Shown piece after piece: positions 38,074 through 47,958 of a stretch of 64,000 nucleotides of DNA. Location: IMG/VR virus record IMGVR_UViG_3300045999_008055; one strand, written 5' to 3'. The DNA comes from a virus. Position 1 is the first letter of the stretch. The number at the start of each line of letters is the position of its first letter. Made by a program: the position numbers and the translations under genes. The notes below the pieces were generated by a model. That model was not told the origin of the DNA. It ran no database searches and worked only from the letters and a program-made list of their open reading frames with translations.

Positions 38074-40326
38074 TTATTTTAATATACTCGTTTTTCTAGG
38101 ACCAACTTTTTTCATAGTTACTTCTGGATCTGGTCTTTTTGCAGGTCTATTTTGAAATCCTAAATCTGAAAATACACCATTATCATTTAGATATATACTA
38201 AAGTTGGTAAGTCCATAGTTTGGGTTTAAATATTGAGCAAGATTTCCATAGTCCATTCCAATAATTTTTAAATTTAAATTTTTCTTTAAATTTGTTTGCA
38301 CAATATCTAGATTATCGCTATTTTGATCAATAGTAGAAAAATTAATTGTTTGGCCGACAGTAGGTTCGTCAGTAGTAACATCGTTTAGATTAACAGAATA
38401 ATTCATAACATTTGAATTAGCCTGAAAATTTGTGTTACCTTGCATTTGTTTTACTCCTGGCTCAACATAACTAAATGACCCTTCTGCTTTTATGTATCCT
38501 AGATAATTCTGTTGAGATGGTAAACCTATTGTCATACTTGATCCATTTAATGTATTTGTTATTGTATAAAGAGAACTGGATTTGCTAACTAACCCATTCG
38601 CTGGGGCAGTTAAATTATTACAAGATTTTCTGCATATTTCTGAATTTGAATCTTTTTCACAGATCGTTTGACATTCACTTAGGTTTTCTTGTTCAAAGGC
38701 GGCTTGTATATATCCTTCTTCAGCGTTATTCCAATAATTATAGCTTATTTGTCTAGATAAATATGGTTTATATGCAATTAATGTTAGACCTCTATATTTA
38801 TCTGCATCAGCACGATTAGGACTTAAGATTAAGAGTGCATCTCTAACTTGATCTGCTATTTCACCAACTATATCTACGTATATTGGACCTAAACCATCAA
38901 CATTAAAATTATTGGAATTTATATTCCATACAGGATTTCTTTGAATTAGCCATGTAACTCCTATAGGTAATGCTGGATTTCCTCCATAAGCTTTCCATGG
39001 ACTTATTCCAATTATAGGTTGAGGTTCGTAACTTATTGATATATTATATTTAGAATTATCATTGCAAGTTAAACTTTTCCAAGCAACATAATTTAAATTT
39101 ACATAATATCTTCCTAAATCTTCTGCTGCAGAACTAACTTTTTCTGCATAGGCTTCTTCTTGATCTCTATAATAATAACCAATTTTTATAACTGCTCTGC
39201 CATCTGCGCTAAATTCTTGGATATTCTGCAATACAGTTTGAAGTATATATGTTTCAATGCCATCATATACTTTAACAAAACCCATTTCAGAAAATCTATT
39301 TTGCGTCAATAAATGCAAAGTAAAAGCTTCTCTATTTGTTTTTGATAAAACTAAATCTAGTTCTGAAAATGAAGTATTTGGATAAATTGCACTATAAGTA
39401 ATAGGAAAAAATTCTATAATACCTTTTTCTTTTGTTCTCGCTGGTTTTAATACATAGTCAATATTATCCTGTTGATACGTACCTTCTAAACTCTCTTCTT
39501 CTGAAAAGCTTGATAATGGAACATTAGAATTTGGATTATTTCTGTTAAAATTACTTGTTATAAAATTCTCTATTGGGGTTAGATCTATTGGGTTTCTAAG
39601 ATCTAAACATACTAAAGTATTATTTAGTGAATCCCAGTAGAAAGTAAATCCAAAATCACTGCACCAATTAGATAAAACTTCTCTTAGTGTGCCGGTATAA
39701 GACGTTTTATAAGCTGGATTAATATCTGAAAAATTTGTAAAAGAAAAGTTAGGTATCTTACTCATTGCGGCCAATAGATCAGAAAAACTATATTTAACAT
39801 CTGGAATATCGCATGCTTGATCTATAAATTCCTCTTCTCCAACAACAATTAAATTATTGATAAGTAAATTAGGAGAATTCGCCACAACAGATCTTGATAC
39901 ACTTCCATTTTGAACGCTTATTGTATTATCACAATTTGCACATGTTACAGATATATCAAAATTTTGATTCGATTCTGATACTCTATAATGTCTATTTGAT
40001 AAACCTACGAAATATCTATCTAAAATAACAGAATTATCTATAAATGTACAGGTTATAACTTCTTCATTTACTGCAACATTTTTCGTATGTTTTATAAAAT
40101 AATTAACAGGAAAAACTAAACTTCCGAACTCTATTCTATAAGAAGTAGTTAAATTTTTCTCTGGTAAAACTATTGATTGATTTTGTTCATATACAATGTC
40201 CACTGTTAAACTATTTGAATTTTCTGCATATCCCTGATTTATTTCAGCAGAATATATATATCCATTTCCAAATCTACCATATGGATAATTCCCTATCTTA
40301 ATCTTTTCTATAGACCTTATTGGCAT
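38074..40326 (-). CDS. Putative tail-tip hub/baseplate protein
   Basis: Position downstream of the tape measure; GTLREVLSNWCSDFGFTFYWD resembles hub/Tal segments. Confidence 0.55.
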   Translation of the reverse strand: MPIRSIEKIKIGNYPYGRFGNGYIYSAEINQGYAENSNSLTVDIVYEQNQSIVLPEKNLTTSYRIEFGSLVFPVNYFIKHTKNVAVNEEVITCTFIDNSVILDRYFVGLSNRHYRVSESNQNFDISVTCANCDNTISVQNGSVSRSVVANSPNLLINNLIVVGEEEFIDQACDIPDVKYSFSDLLAAMSKIPNFSFTNFSDINPAYKTSYTGTLREVLSNWCSDFGFTFYWDSLNNTLVCLDLRNPIDLTPIENFITSNFNRNNPNSNVPLSSFSEEESLEGTYQQDNIDYVLKPARTKEKGIIEFFPITYSAIYPNTSFSELDLVLSKTNREAFTLHLLTQNRFSEMGFVKVYDGIETYILQTVLQNIQEFSADGRAVIKIGYYYRDQEEAYAEKVSSAAEDLGRYYVNLNYVAWKSLTCNDNSKYNISISYEPQPIIGISPWKAYGGNPALPIGVTWLIQRNPVWNINSNNFNVDGLGPIYVDIVGEIADQVRDALLILSPNRADADKYRGLTLIAYKPYLSRQISYNYWNNAEEGYIQAAFEQENLSECQTICEKDSNSEICRKSCNNLTAPANGLVSKSSSLYTITNTLNGSSMTIGLPSQQNYLGYIKAEGSFSYVEPGVKQMQGNTNFQANSNVMNYSVNLNDVTTDEPTVGQTINFSTIDQNSDNLDIVQTNLKKNLNLKIIGMDYGNLAQYLNPNYGLTNFSIYLNDNGVFSDLGFQNRPAKRPDPEVTMKKVGPRKTSILK

Positions 40327-40353
40327 AACCTTATTCCTTGAACCTTATTATAT

Positions 40354-40360
40354 TTACACT
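40354..40360 (-). promoter_or_regulatory. AGTGTAA motif (putative late promoter)
   Basis: Intergenic, ~28 nt upstream of the 40326 start. Confidence 0.65.
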
Positions 40361-40361
40361 A

Positions 40362-43259
40362 TTAATTAAATCTATAATATTCATTATTAAATATAGTTTC
40401 ATTTTTAGATTCTATATCTCCGGTAGGCCTCATCATCTCATTAATACATGATGTTAGTATATAATTTTCATTTTTATTTTGATATATACCATTTAGCCAG
40501 ATTTTTTCATTATTATAATTTAAATTTGCATTATATGTTTTTATATTTGTTCCAGTTAAAGAGTTAACATAATCATCCTCTTTAATATATATCTGATCAT
40601 TACCATCAATATTTGGATTTAAAAATGTAACTTGCTGTTTTTCGTTATAAAAATAAGCTGTTCCGCTTAAAGCATCAGAAGCTGGAGATCCAAAAACTAT
40701 ACTGTTTACATCTTCACTAAAATCGAAATTATCTAAAACTGAAAATTTAAATATTTCTTTATAAAATTCCCAATTATTTTTATTGCCAGAATATAGTCTC
40801 AATCTATAAGAAAATGGATATTCATCTAAGACTCCAAGAATATTCTCTTCTTTACTCATTTTAATTCTACTACCAAATCTTTGACTATTATATGTGCCAC
40901 TAAATGTTTTTATAATATTCCAGTTATTATTATTACCAGTGTATAAATAAACGATGCCAGACAAATTATTTGACCATGGCGCACCAACTGCAGCAATATT
41001 TCCTTCTTTATTTATAGCAACGCTTGAACCAAAATAACTAAAGCCACTTATTAGACCCGTTAAACTTGCTGCAATATCCCATTTGTAATTATTTCCGGTT
41101 ATAATGTAAGCAACGCCGCTATTATCATTTGAAGCGCGTGCTCCTATAATTCCTGTTTTATTTGTTAGATCTATATCTATGCTATTTCCAAAATAATTTA
41201 GTCCTCCTGCAATTGGACCATCAATTCTTTGTGTAAGAGCCCAATTTGAACCATTATTTCCAGTATAGATCCATACGGCTCCACGATTAATGCCAACTGG
41301 TTGAAATGGATCATTTACGAAAAGAATATCTCCAGAGTAATTAAGTTTTAAAAAATTTCCATAAAGTAGCGAAGAATTATTGCCGCTTAAACCTGTATTT
41401 AAAAATAAATTTCCATTTATACCTGTGAATATATATGCTGTTCCCCCATTTACGTATGGATCAGATATCGCAGCGATGGTTCCGTTATAATTAGTTGAAG
41501 AACTCAAACCAAAATAATTACTCCCAACAGTACGATAAATACCAGATAATCTTTTAAATTTTGACCATTTTTCTCCATCATATTTAGCTACCCATGCGGC
41601 TCCTGTTGGAGTTTGAGCATTATTATGATTGAATCGATACTCGCCAATGATAGCAATATTTCCGTCAGCACTCATTGCCGTAGAATTTCCAAAATATCCA
41701 GTTGTATTTAACTCTTGAGAACCGCTTAATTCAGTGTTTAAAACATAAACGTTCTCTCCAGAATAATTGTAATTATTTATTAGTTTTTGGCCATTTAGAA
41801 ATAAATTATATTTATCTAAATTTATACCTGTAAGAAAAATTGAATTATTTCCGATTGAAACTTGGTCTTTAAAATTTCTTTGACTTGATAGAGTATATAA
41901 TATTAGATCATTTTGATCTCTATCATATTTTGATATCTTGAACCTATCTTCACTTGCGCTAATTTGATATTCATTTGAAGCTATATTTACTCCATTAAAA
42001 AATATTAAAACATTCTTTTCGCCTAAATCGTTATCAGCAATATAGGTTTTATCTAAATATGAATAGTTCGGATAATCTACAATTGCATTTACGTCTTTAT
42101 AGAAATTAATATTAAAAATATCTTGTGAATCTAATGCTGGAGTAAAAACTATGTAATTTTTAGTAAATTTAGACGCGTAATCTTGATCATAAAGATTGTT
42201 CTTTGTTTCTTGTTGAGTTACTGCATAACTTTCTTGTCCAACAACAACGTATTCTATTTTTTCCCCTGTAATTATACCAGTTACTCCAGATTTTACATAT
42301 ACAACACAAGATTCTCCACAGCTGGCATTTATTACCTCTTCTGATGGAACAATTTGATAGCCAGTAATTCCTGTTCCTAATATTCCTGTAGGATTTAAAA
42401 ATCCACTTTGAATAACATTATATGAAACTCCAGTTATATCTGTAACTATAGTCTCTTCTCCAGTTTTTATAAAAAGTTTAGAGATTCCGGCTGAAATATT
42501 CAAATCAAAATATTCATTAAATCCAATAAAATCATCAACGACTCCCAAAAATCCAGTATAACCATCTCTATATTTACCTGTAGGCATATTTCCAATATAG
42601 ATATTTTTTTCTTGGCTAAAATATGATCCTGTTAAATTGATTATGTTGTTGCTAATTTCATTTTCTATGATATCAAAATAACTAAATTCTAAATTTTTAT
42701 TATTAATTCTTATTGCTCCGGCGTTCTCAAAAGCTAATTCTGCATAATTTGTAGACCTATACTTCTCTTCTTGATTTCCATTAATTTTACCAGAAAATTC
42801 TAGGGTAAGTTTATATGCATCATTTAAACCTAATATTATCTCGAATGGATTAGATTGATCTTTAGATTCTATATAACTTAAAATTTGAATTTTACCTGTT
42901 GGAGTAATTATATTCTTAGAATTAATAGAAAAATCTTTATTACAATTTAATCTGCCGAAATTATAAAATAAACTAATATTATCTCCACTAAGATTATTAA
43001 ATACTTTTAATGTATTTATCCCTTCAAAGATTCCAGACCCAGTAAACCCCGTTTCTTGATAACAAGAAATAAATATGCCTGGGTAGTATTCTTTATTTAC
43101 TTGAAAACCTCCTCCGATTTTAGAAAACTGCACTTCGTTTTGGTAGAACCTATTAGGCACAAAAAAGCCCGATATACCACTAAAATCATAAAATATTTCA
43201 AGAGATCCTGTATTTCTTTGATTTTCTGATAAATATCCTGTAATAAATTTTATATTCAT
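40362..43259 (-). CDS. Tail protein: LamG-like N-domain plus inserted FG-GAP propeller
   Basis: IYIGN...FLGVVDDF; about seven FG-GAP blades at ~40640-41730. Confidence 0.7.
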   Translation of the reverse strand: MNIKFITGYLSENQRNTGSLEIFYDFSGISGFFVPNRFYQNEVQFSKIGGGFQVNKEYYPGIFISCYQETGFTGSGIFEGINTLKVFNNLSGDNISLFYNFGRLNCNKDFSINSKNIITPTGKIQILSYIESKDQSNPFEIILGLNDAYKLTLEFSGKINGNQEEKYRSTNYAELAFENAGAIRINNKNLEFSYFDIIENEISNNIINLTGSYFSQEKNIYIGNMPTGKYRDGYTGFLGVVDDFIGFNEYFDLNISAGISKLFIKTGEETIVTDITGVSYNVIQSGFLNPTGILGTGITGYQIVPSEEVINASCGESCVVYVKSGVTGIITGEKIEYVVVGQESYAVTQQETKNNLYDQDYASKFTKNYIVFTPALDSQDIFNINFYKDVNAIVDYPNYSYLDKTYIADNDLGEKNVLIFFNGVNIASNEYQISASEDRFKISKYDRDQNDLILYTLSSQRNFKDQVSIGNNSIFLTGINLDKYNLFLNGQKLINNYNYSGENVYVLNTELSGSQELNTTGYFGNSTAMSADGNIAIIGEYRFNHNNAQTPTGAAWVAKYDGEKWSKFKRLSGIYRTVGSNYFGLSSSTNYNGTIAAISDPYVNGGTAYIFTGINGNLFLNTGLSGNNSSLLYGNFLKLNYSGDILFVNDPFQPVGINRGAVWIYTGNNGSNWALTQRIDGPIAGGLNYFGNSIDIDLTNKTGIIGARASNDNSGVAYIITGNNYKWDIAASLTGLISGFSYFGSSVAINKEGNIAAVGAPWSNNLSGIVYLYTGNNNNWNIIKTFSGTYNSQRFGSRIKMSKEENILGVLDEYPFSYRLRLYSGNKNNWEFYKEIFKFSVLDNFDFSEDVNSIVFGSPASDALSGTAYFYNEKQQVTFLNPNIDGNDQIYIKEDDYVNSLTGTNIKTYNANLNYNNEKIWLNGIYQNKNENYILTSCINEMMRPTGDIESKNETIFNNEYYRFN

Positions 43260-46033
43260 ATTGTATTAAATTTAGGTAATAGTCCATTTTGATTAGATAA
43301 GTCTACTTTATCTAGTTTATATGATATATCAGTAATAGAATTAAAATTATTATATTTTTTAGTATAAGACTCAGAATCTTGTAACTTTGTATTAAAACTA
43401 TAATTGCTTGGAATAATATTATTAGTTATATTCTTTATCTCTGATCTTAATATATTTTCGTTATTTATTCCAGTAAGATTCTTATATTTTAAAGAAGTAT
43501 TAATTGACATTTTTGGTAAAGTAGTGATATCAAAATCATTTATAATATGAAATCCTTTAATATTACAGGTTGGTTGATTATTCATATACCATCTTGGAGC
43601 TTCTACGGATATATTATATGATCCATCTGTAGCATTACCAGAAGGCATAAACTTATCATCATATGATGCGTTTGCTGAAACTGTCCCCTCATTAGGATTT
43701 TCATCTATTGTTATATTTAATAGCCTCAAATTTGATTGATATGTATCTCCATTAAAATCCTTAAAACCAGTTAAAATTCCGCTTGCTACAGAAATAAATT
43801 GACCAGTTAGATTTATTATATTGCCTGTGGATAGAGAATATCTATAATTTCTGTTTCCTCTAGCGACTATTTCTCCTCTAACTTGTACATTGTAAATTTG
43901 TTGTATTTCATCCTTAGATATATTTGATTCATATCTATAATAAGGATTAGGTAAATTAATATTATCAAAAGAATAATCAAAATTTATTGAATTTTCGCCT
44001 GTGTTTTCTGTTATATTATATTCAATTGGAATAGGATTAAAATATCCAGAATATGTGCCCGTTATTAATCCTGTAACATTTAAACTTCCTCTTAGATCTG
44101 ATATGTTTCCATTTCTTGGGCCTTTATATTGTCCTCGCACGTTAATTTGAAGAAAATTAGATTCACTACCAGAATTTACATCTATTGTATAGGTTAAATT
44201 ACCAGATAAACTATTATCTAAATAATTATTAATATAAGTTTCTTGAACGGAATAAGAGCCATTTAATCGGTCTATTGATTCTGAAAAATTTTGTAAATAG
44301 AATTTATTAATATTTCCGGAAATAAACTTTGTAGATGGTACGTTAGCTAAACCAGTATTTAATCTAACAAAAGAAATGGCATTATTTAATGCGTTTGATT
44401 TCGCAGAACTAAGATTGGTATTTATTCCTTTTGCAGATATATTATGAGATAGAGTTACAGTTTTATTTTCATTCTCTGAGAATTGAAATTCATTTACAGG
44501 ATCTAATACATTTCCACTAATTCTAATTGAGTTTAATTCTATAGAATAATCTACTACTCCTGCGTAGTTAGAATTATCAAAATTTATTGATCTTATTATA
44601 ATCCCACTATTCTCATAAATCTTTTCATAAAATTCATCTTGTTCATAAAAATATGCTGCCCCTCGATAGACATTGTGACCTTCATCTCCAATTAAAACTT
44701 TGTTACCAATATTATTACAGGCTATACTACTACCGAAAAGATCTCCAAATAAGTCAAGACTATCACTTATACGAAGTAATTGTGAATTTACCCAATTATT
44801 ATTTTTTCCAGTAAATGCATAAACTGCTCCATTTGAAAATTCAATTTGATCTGTTTGCGCTCCAATAAATGCTATATTACCAGAACTATTTAAAGCTACA
44901 CTATATCCAAAATTTCCTTGAGTAGCTCTTCCGCTTAGTTTAGATGCTTTGCTCCATATATTACCTGTTCCAGTAAAGATATAAGCCATTCCAGTGTTTT
45001 GATTGTGTAAATTATTTCCAATTAAAACTATATTACCTTGAGAATTTATAGATACAGCATTACCAAATCTGCTTTGATCAATATTATCGCCTGTCAAAAT
45101 TATTGCTTTATCCCAATTTATTCCATTTCCTGTTATAATCCATACCGCTCCTGTTTCTAAATTTCTTTTAAATTCGCCAACGACCCCAACGTTTCCATCA
45201 GAATTTAAAGATATAGAATTACCAAAATTTCCAGATATTGTATCGCTAACAATTTTATTTTTTAATGTCCAATTTGTTGAATAGCCAGTAAATATAAAAA
45301 CCGCTCCAGCATTTTGTGAAACCTGTTGATCTAATCCCGCTCCAATAGCTAATACATTTCCAGTCGAGTTAAATGATAAAGATTGGCCAAAAAATTTTGA
45401 ATTAATATCTCCAGTTAAAATAGAAGCTAATCCCCAATTAGTTTTCTCTCCAGAAAAGATATATACTTTTCCAGCTTGACTATAATCTGTTGATTCTACT
45501 GGCGCGCCAATTGCTAATATATTTCCTTGCGAATTAGTACTTACAGAAGATCCAAATCTTCCTACCCCAGTATTTCCTGTTATCCTTATTATGTTGGTAA
45601 ATATATCATTTTCTTTATATGATACATATAAAGCTCCAGTTGATACATTTGCAGATGGAGAACCTATTAATAATAAATTACCACTAAGATCGAGATCTAC
45701 AGAAGAACCGAATATTTGATCTGTATTTGATCCTGTTAATTGAGTTACTTTGTATATTCCAGACTGAATTGTAAAAGTTTCTGGTTGAATTAAAGCTGGT
45801 TCGAAAATTTGTAAATTATTAAAATTTTTACTGAATATATTTAATATTTTTTGTTGACCACTTGTAATCTCGTTAAATGGCGAACATCCATATCCAGTAA
45901 TTTGACCATTTAATGTAATCTTATCGGAATTTCCCCAATATTGGTTATAATATAAATTTTCCCTTTCCAAAAGGACAAAAGGTGTAGGTTCTGGTATTAC
46001 TTTGCCATTATAAAATATATAAGTATTAGACAT
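43256..46033 (-). CDS. Tail protein with inserted 7-blade FG-GAP propeller
   Basis: Seven FGxS...GAP blades at ~44640-45750 within a beta-rich structural scaffold. Confidence 0.7.
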   Translation of the reverse strand: MSNTYIFYNGKVIPEPTPFVLLERENLYYNQYWGNSDKITLNGQITGYGCSPFNEITSGQQKILNIFSKNFNNLQIFEPALIQPETFTIQSGIYKVTQLTGSNTDQIFGSSVDLDLSGNLLLIGSPSANVSTGALYVSYKENDIFTNIIRITGNTGVGRFGSSVSTNSQGNILAIGAPVESTDYSQAGKVYIFSGEKTNWGLASILTGDINSKFFGQSLSFNSTGNVLAIGAGLDQQVSQNAGAVFIFTGYSTNWTLKNKIVSDTISGNFGNSISLNSDGNVGVVGEFKRNLETGAVWIITGNGINWDKAIILTGDNIDQSRFGNAVSINSQGNIVLIGNNLHNQNTGMAYIFTGTGNIWSKASKLSGRATQGNFGYSVALNSSGNIAFIGAQTDQIEFSNGAVYAFTGKNNNWVNSQLLRISDSLDLFGDLFGSSIACNNIGNKVLIGDEGHNVYRGAAYFYEQDEFYEKIYENSGIIIRSINFDNSNYAGVVDYSIELNSIRISGNVLDPVNEFQFSENENKTVTLSHNISAKGINTNLSSAKSNALNNAISFVRLNTGLANVPSTKFISGNINKFYLQNFSESIDRLNGSYSVQETYINNYLDNSLSGNLTYTIDVNSGSESNFLQINVRGQYKGPRNGNISDLRGSLNVTGLITGTYSGYFNPIPIEYNITENTGENSINFDYSFDNINLPNPYYRYESNISKDEIQQIYNVQVRGEIVARGNRNYRYSLSTGNIINLTGQFISVASGILTGFKDFNGDTYQSNLRLLNITIDENPNEGTVSANASYDDKFMPSGNATDGSYNISVEAPRWYMNNQPTCNIKGFHIINDFDITTLPKMSINTSLKYKNLTGINNENILRSEIKNITNNIIPSNYSFNTKLQDSESYTKKYNNFNSITDISYKLDKVDLSNQNGLLPKFNTI

Positions 46034-46037
46034 ATAT

Positions 46038-47930
46038 TTATTCTACTGTTCTTAAATATTTTAGATCTAAAGAAAAAGAAAAATTATAATCTGAATCATA
46101 ATTATAGGCTATATTATCAATATAGGCTTCATCTGACACCAAATCTAAAGCACCAGAAACACTTTTTGATTTTAAATCATTTAATGGTAAAGTTATTGGG
46201 GTAGACCAAGGGTTATTGGTTGGTCTTACTAATGTGCCATTTATTGTAACAGATCTATTACCGATCTCGACTTGATTTCCAAATAAAAACAATACATTTT
46301 TAGGATTTTTATTAGCAATAATATACTCTTTATATAAGTCATATGGGGCAGTATCATTTATTTCAAAAGAGAGACTTTTGTAATAAGGATTGCCTTCAAT
46401 TATAGAATTATCACTAGTTTTTTCTATTGAATAAGAGAAGTTATTATTATATGTATTTTCTAACACAGGATAAACTCCATAGACTGGATCAAAAGCAAAC
46501 CAAGGGTATTTGTAATCACCAACTGCTCCATCTACTGGACCAAAACCACCTAGTGATGCTGCTATTTTCCATCTATTCTCTGATGCAGAAAAATATATTG
46601 TATAGGATGGATTTGAAATTAATACATAATAATTCTTTCCATTATACAGATCTGGTTGCACAAGATATAATCCTTGAAAAGAACTTGCTATTTGTACATA
46701 TGTTACATATACGTTTGTTTTTCCTATTAAATTTGAATCACTAAAAGTACTATTTTTTAATTTTAAATTTGGATATCTTGTATTGTTTCTAGACTTTGCG
46801 GTTAAATATTTGCTTTTTATTAAACTTAGCCCACTTATACTACCAATTTGTCCAACTTGAATAAGCTGACCTTCTTCAGAGTAATTTGTAATATCTTGTA
46901 TATCTTTACTTATACTTATATTATAAGTATTGATTATATTTCCTTCAAAAGCTGGATCATTAACATAACTAACATTATATTCTAATAAATTATTAAAAAC
47001 ATCTGAGGTTTTCCCTAGCGTAAAAGGTTGATTGAATAAGGAATCTTTTTGGCCTAAACCATACTTTTCCGTATAAGTATTAAATATATCTTGACATCTT
47101 AAATATGAATTAGATAATTCTATATTAAAATAATTATCTGCAGTATATTGTAGAGAATTGTCTAACGCTTTAATCGTTCCGTTTTCAGTAACTGTTATCT
47201 TTCCATTTCCATCAAAAGTTAAATTATGTGATAAACTAGTTGTATAATTTGTATTAAAATTTTTATTAATTAATATTCTTTTAGAAAAATTACATCTTTT
47301 ATTAACAATATCATAGTTTTCGGAAAAGTAGTTCTTTTTATTTTTTAAGACGTTATAGAAACCAGAGAATTGTCCAATTAATCCTACTTCTAAAGCATCA
47401 TTAAAAACTTGATAAGCGAAATCTTTTGCTTTTGATATTATATCAGATCCATCTTCATAATATTGTATATTAATATCATGATTATACGAGTAATCTCCAT
47501 TATCTTCATTTTCGAAATTTAAATTTTCTTCTAAATTTAAAATTTTATCATTTGTGCCAGTTGATAAAAATGAACCATAGATTGTGTCATTTGGCGCGAA
47601 ACTAAAATCCCCACTTTCTAAAATCTCAATATCATAGATATATCTTCCTAATCTAATTGGATTATCTTCTGGAAAAGAAATACTAGTGATCTTTCCACTT
47701 CCTAAGTTGTAGTCATTTATTACTATTGAATCATAAACATTTGTAATTCCAGTTAGAAAACCTGATATTTTTTGTATGCTTTCTCTGACCCCTTCTGTTG
47801 CTGTTGGATTTAAAAAGATTCCCTCGATTGAAACATTCTTAGTCGTATTAATAGAAAATAATCCTTCTCCTAAGTAATTTCTATTTACTTGATATCCTAG
47901 TATTGTTGCATCTGTAAATGTATAAGCCAT
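46038..47930 (-). CDS. Putative distal tail/baseplate protein
   Basis: Immediately downstream of the tape measure; scaffold resembles 43256..46033. Confidence 0.55.
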   Translation of the reverse strand: MAYTFTDATILGYQVNRNYLGEGLFSINTTKNVSIEGIFLNPTATEGVRESIQKISGFLTGITNVYDSIVINDYNLGSGKITSISFPEDNPIRLGRYIYDIEILESGDFSFAPNDTIYGSFLSTGTNDKILNLEENLNFENEDNGDYSYNHDINIQYYEDGSDIISKAKDFAYQVFNDALEVGLIGQFSGFYNVLKNKKNYFSENYDIVNKRCNFSKRILINKNFNTNYTTSLSHNLTFDGNGKITVTENGTIKALDNSLQYTADNYFNIELSNSYLRCQDIFNTYTEKYGLGQKDSLFNQPFTLGKTSDVFNNLLEYNVSYVNDPAFEGNIINTYNISISKDIQDITNYSEEGQLIQVGQIGSISGLSLIKSKYLTAKSRNNTRYPNLKLKNSTFSDSNLIGKTNVYVTYVQIASSFQGLYLVQPDLYNGKNYYVLISNPSYTIYFSASENRWKIAASLGGFGPVDGAVGDYKYPWFAFDPVYGVYPVLENTYNNNFSYSIEKTSDNSIIEGNPYYKSLSFEINDTAPYDLYKEYIIANKNPKNVLFLFGNQVEIGNRSVTINGTLVRPTNNPWSTPITLPLNDLKSKSVSGALDLVSDEAYIDNIAYNYDSDYNFSFSLDLKYLRTVE

Positions 47931-47958
47931 AATCCTTTAAATCCTTTTTCCTTTTAAA

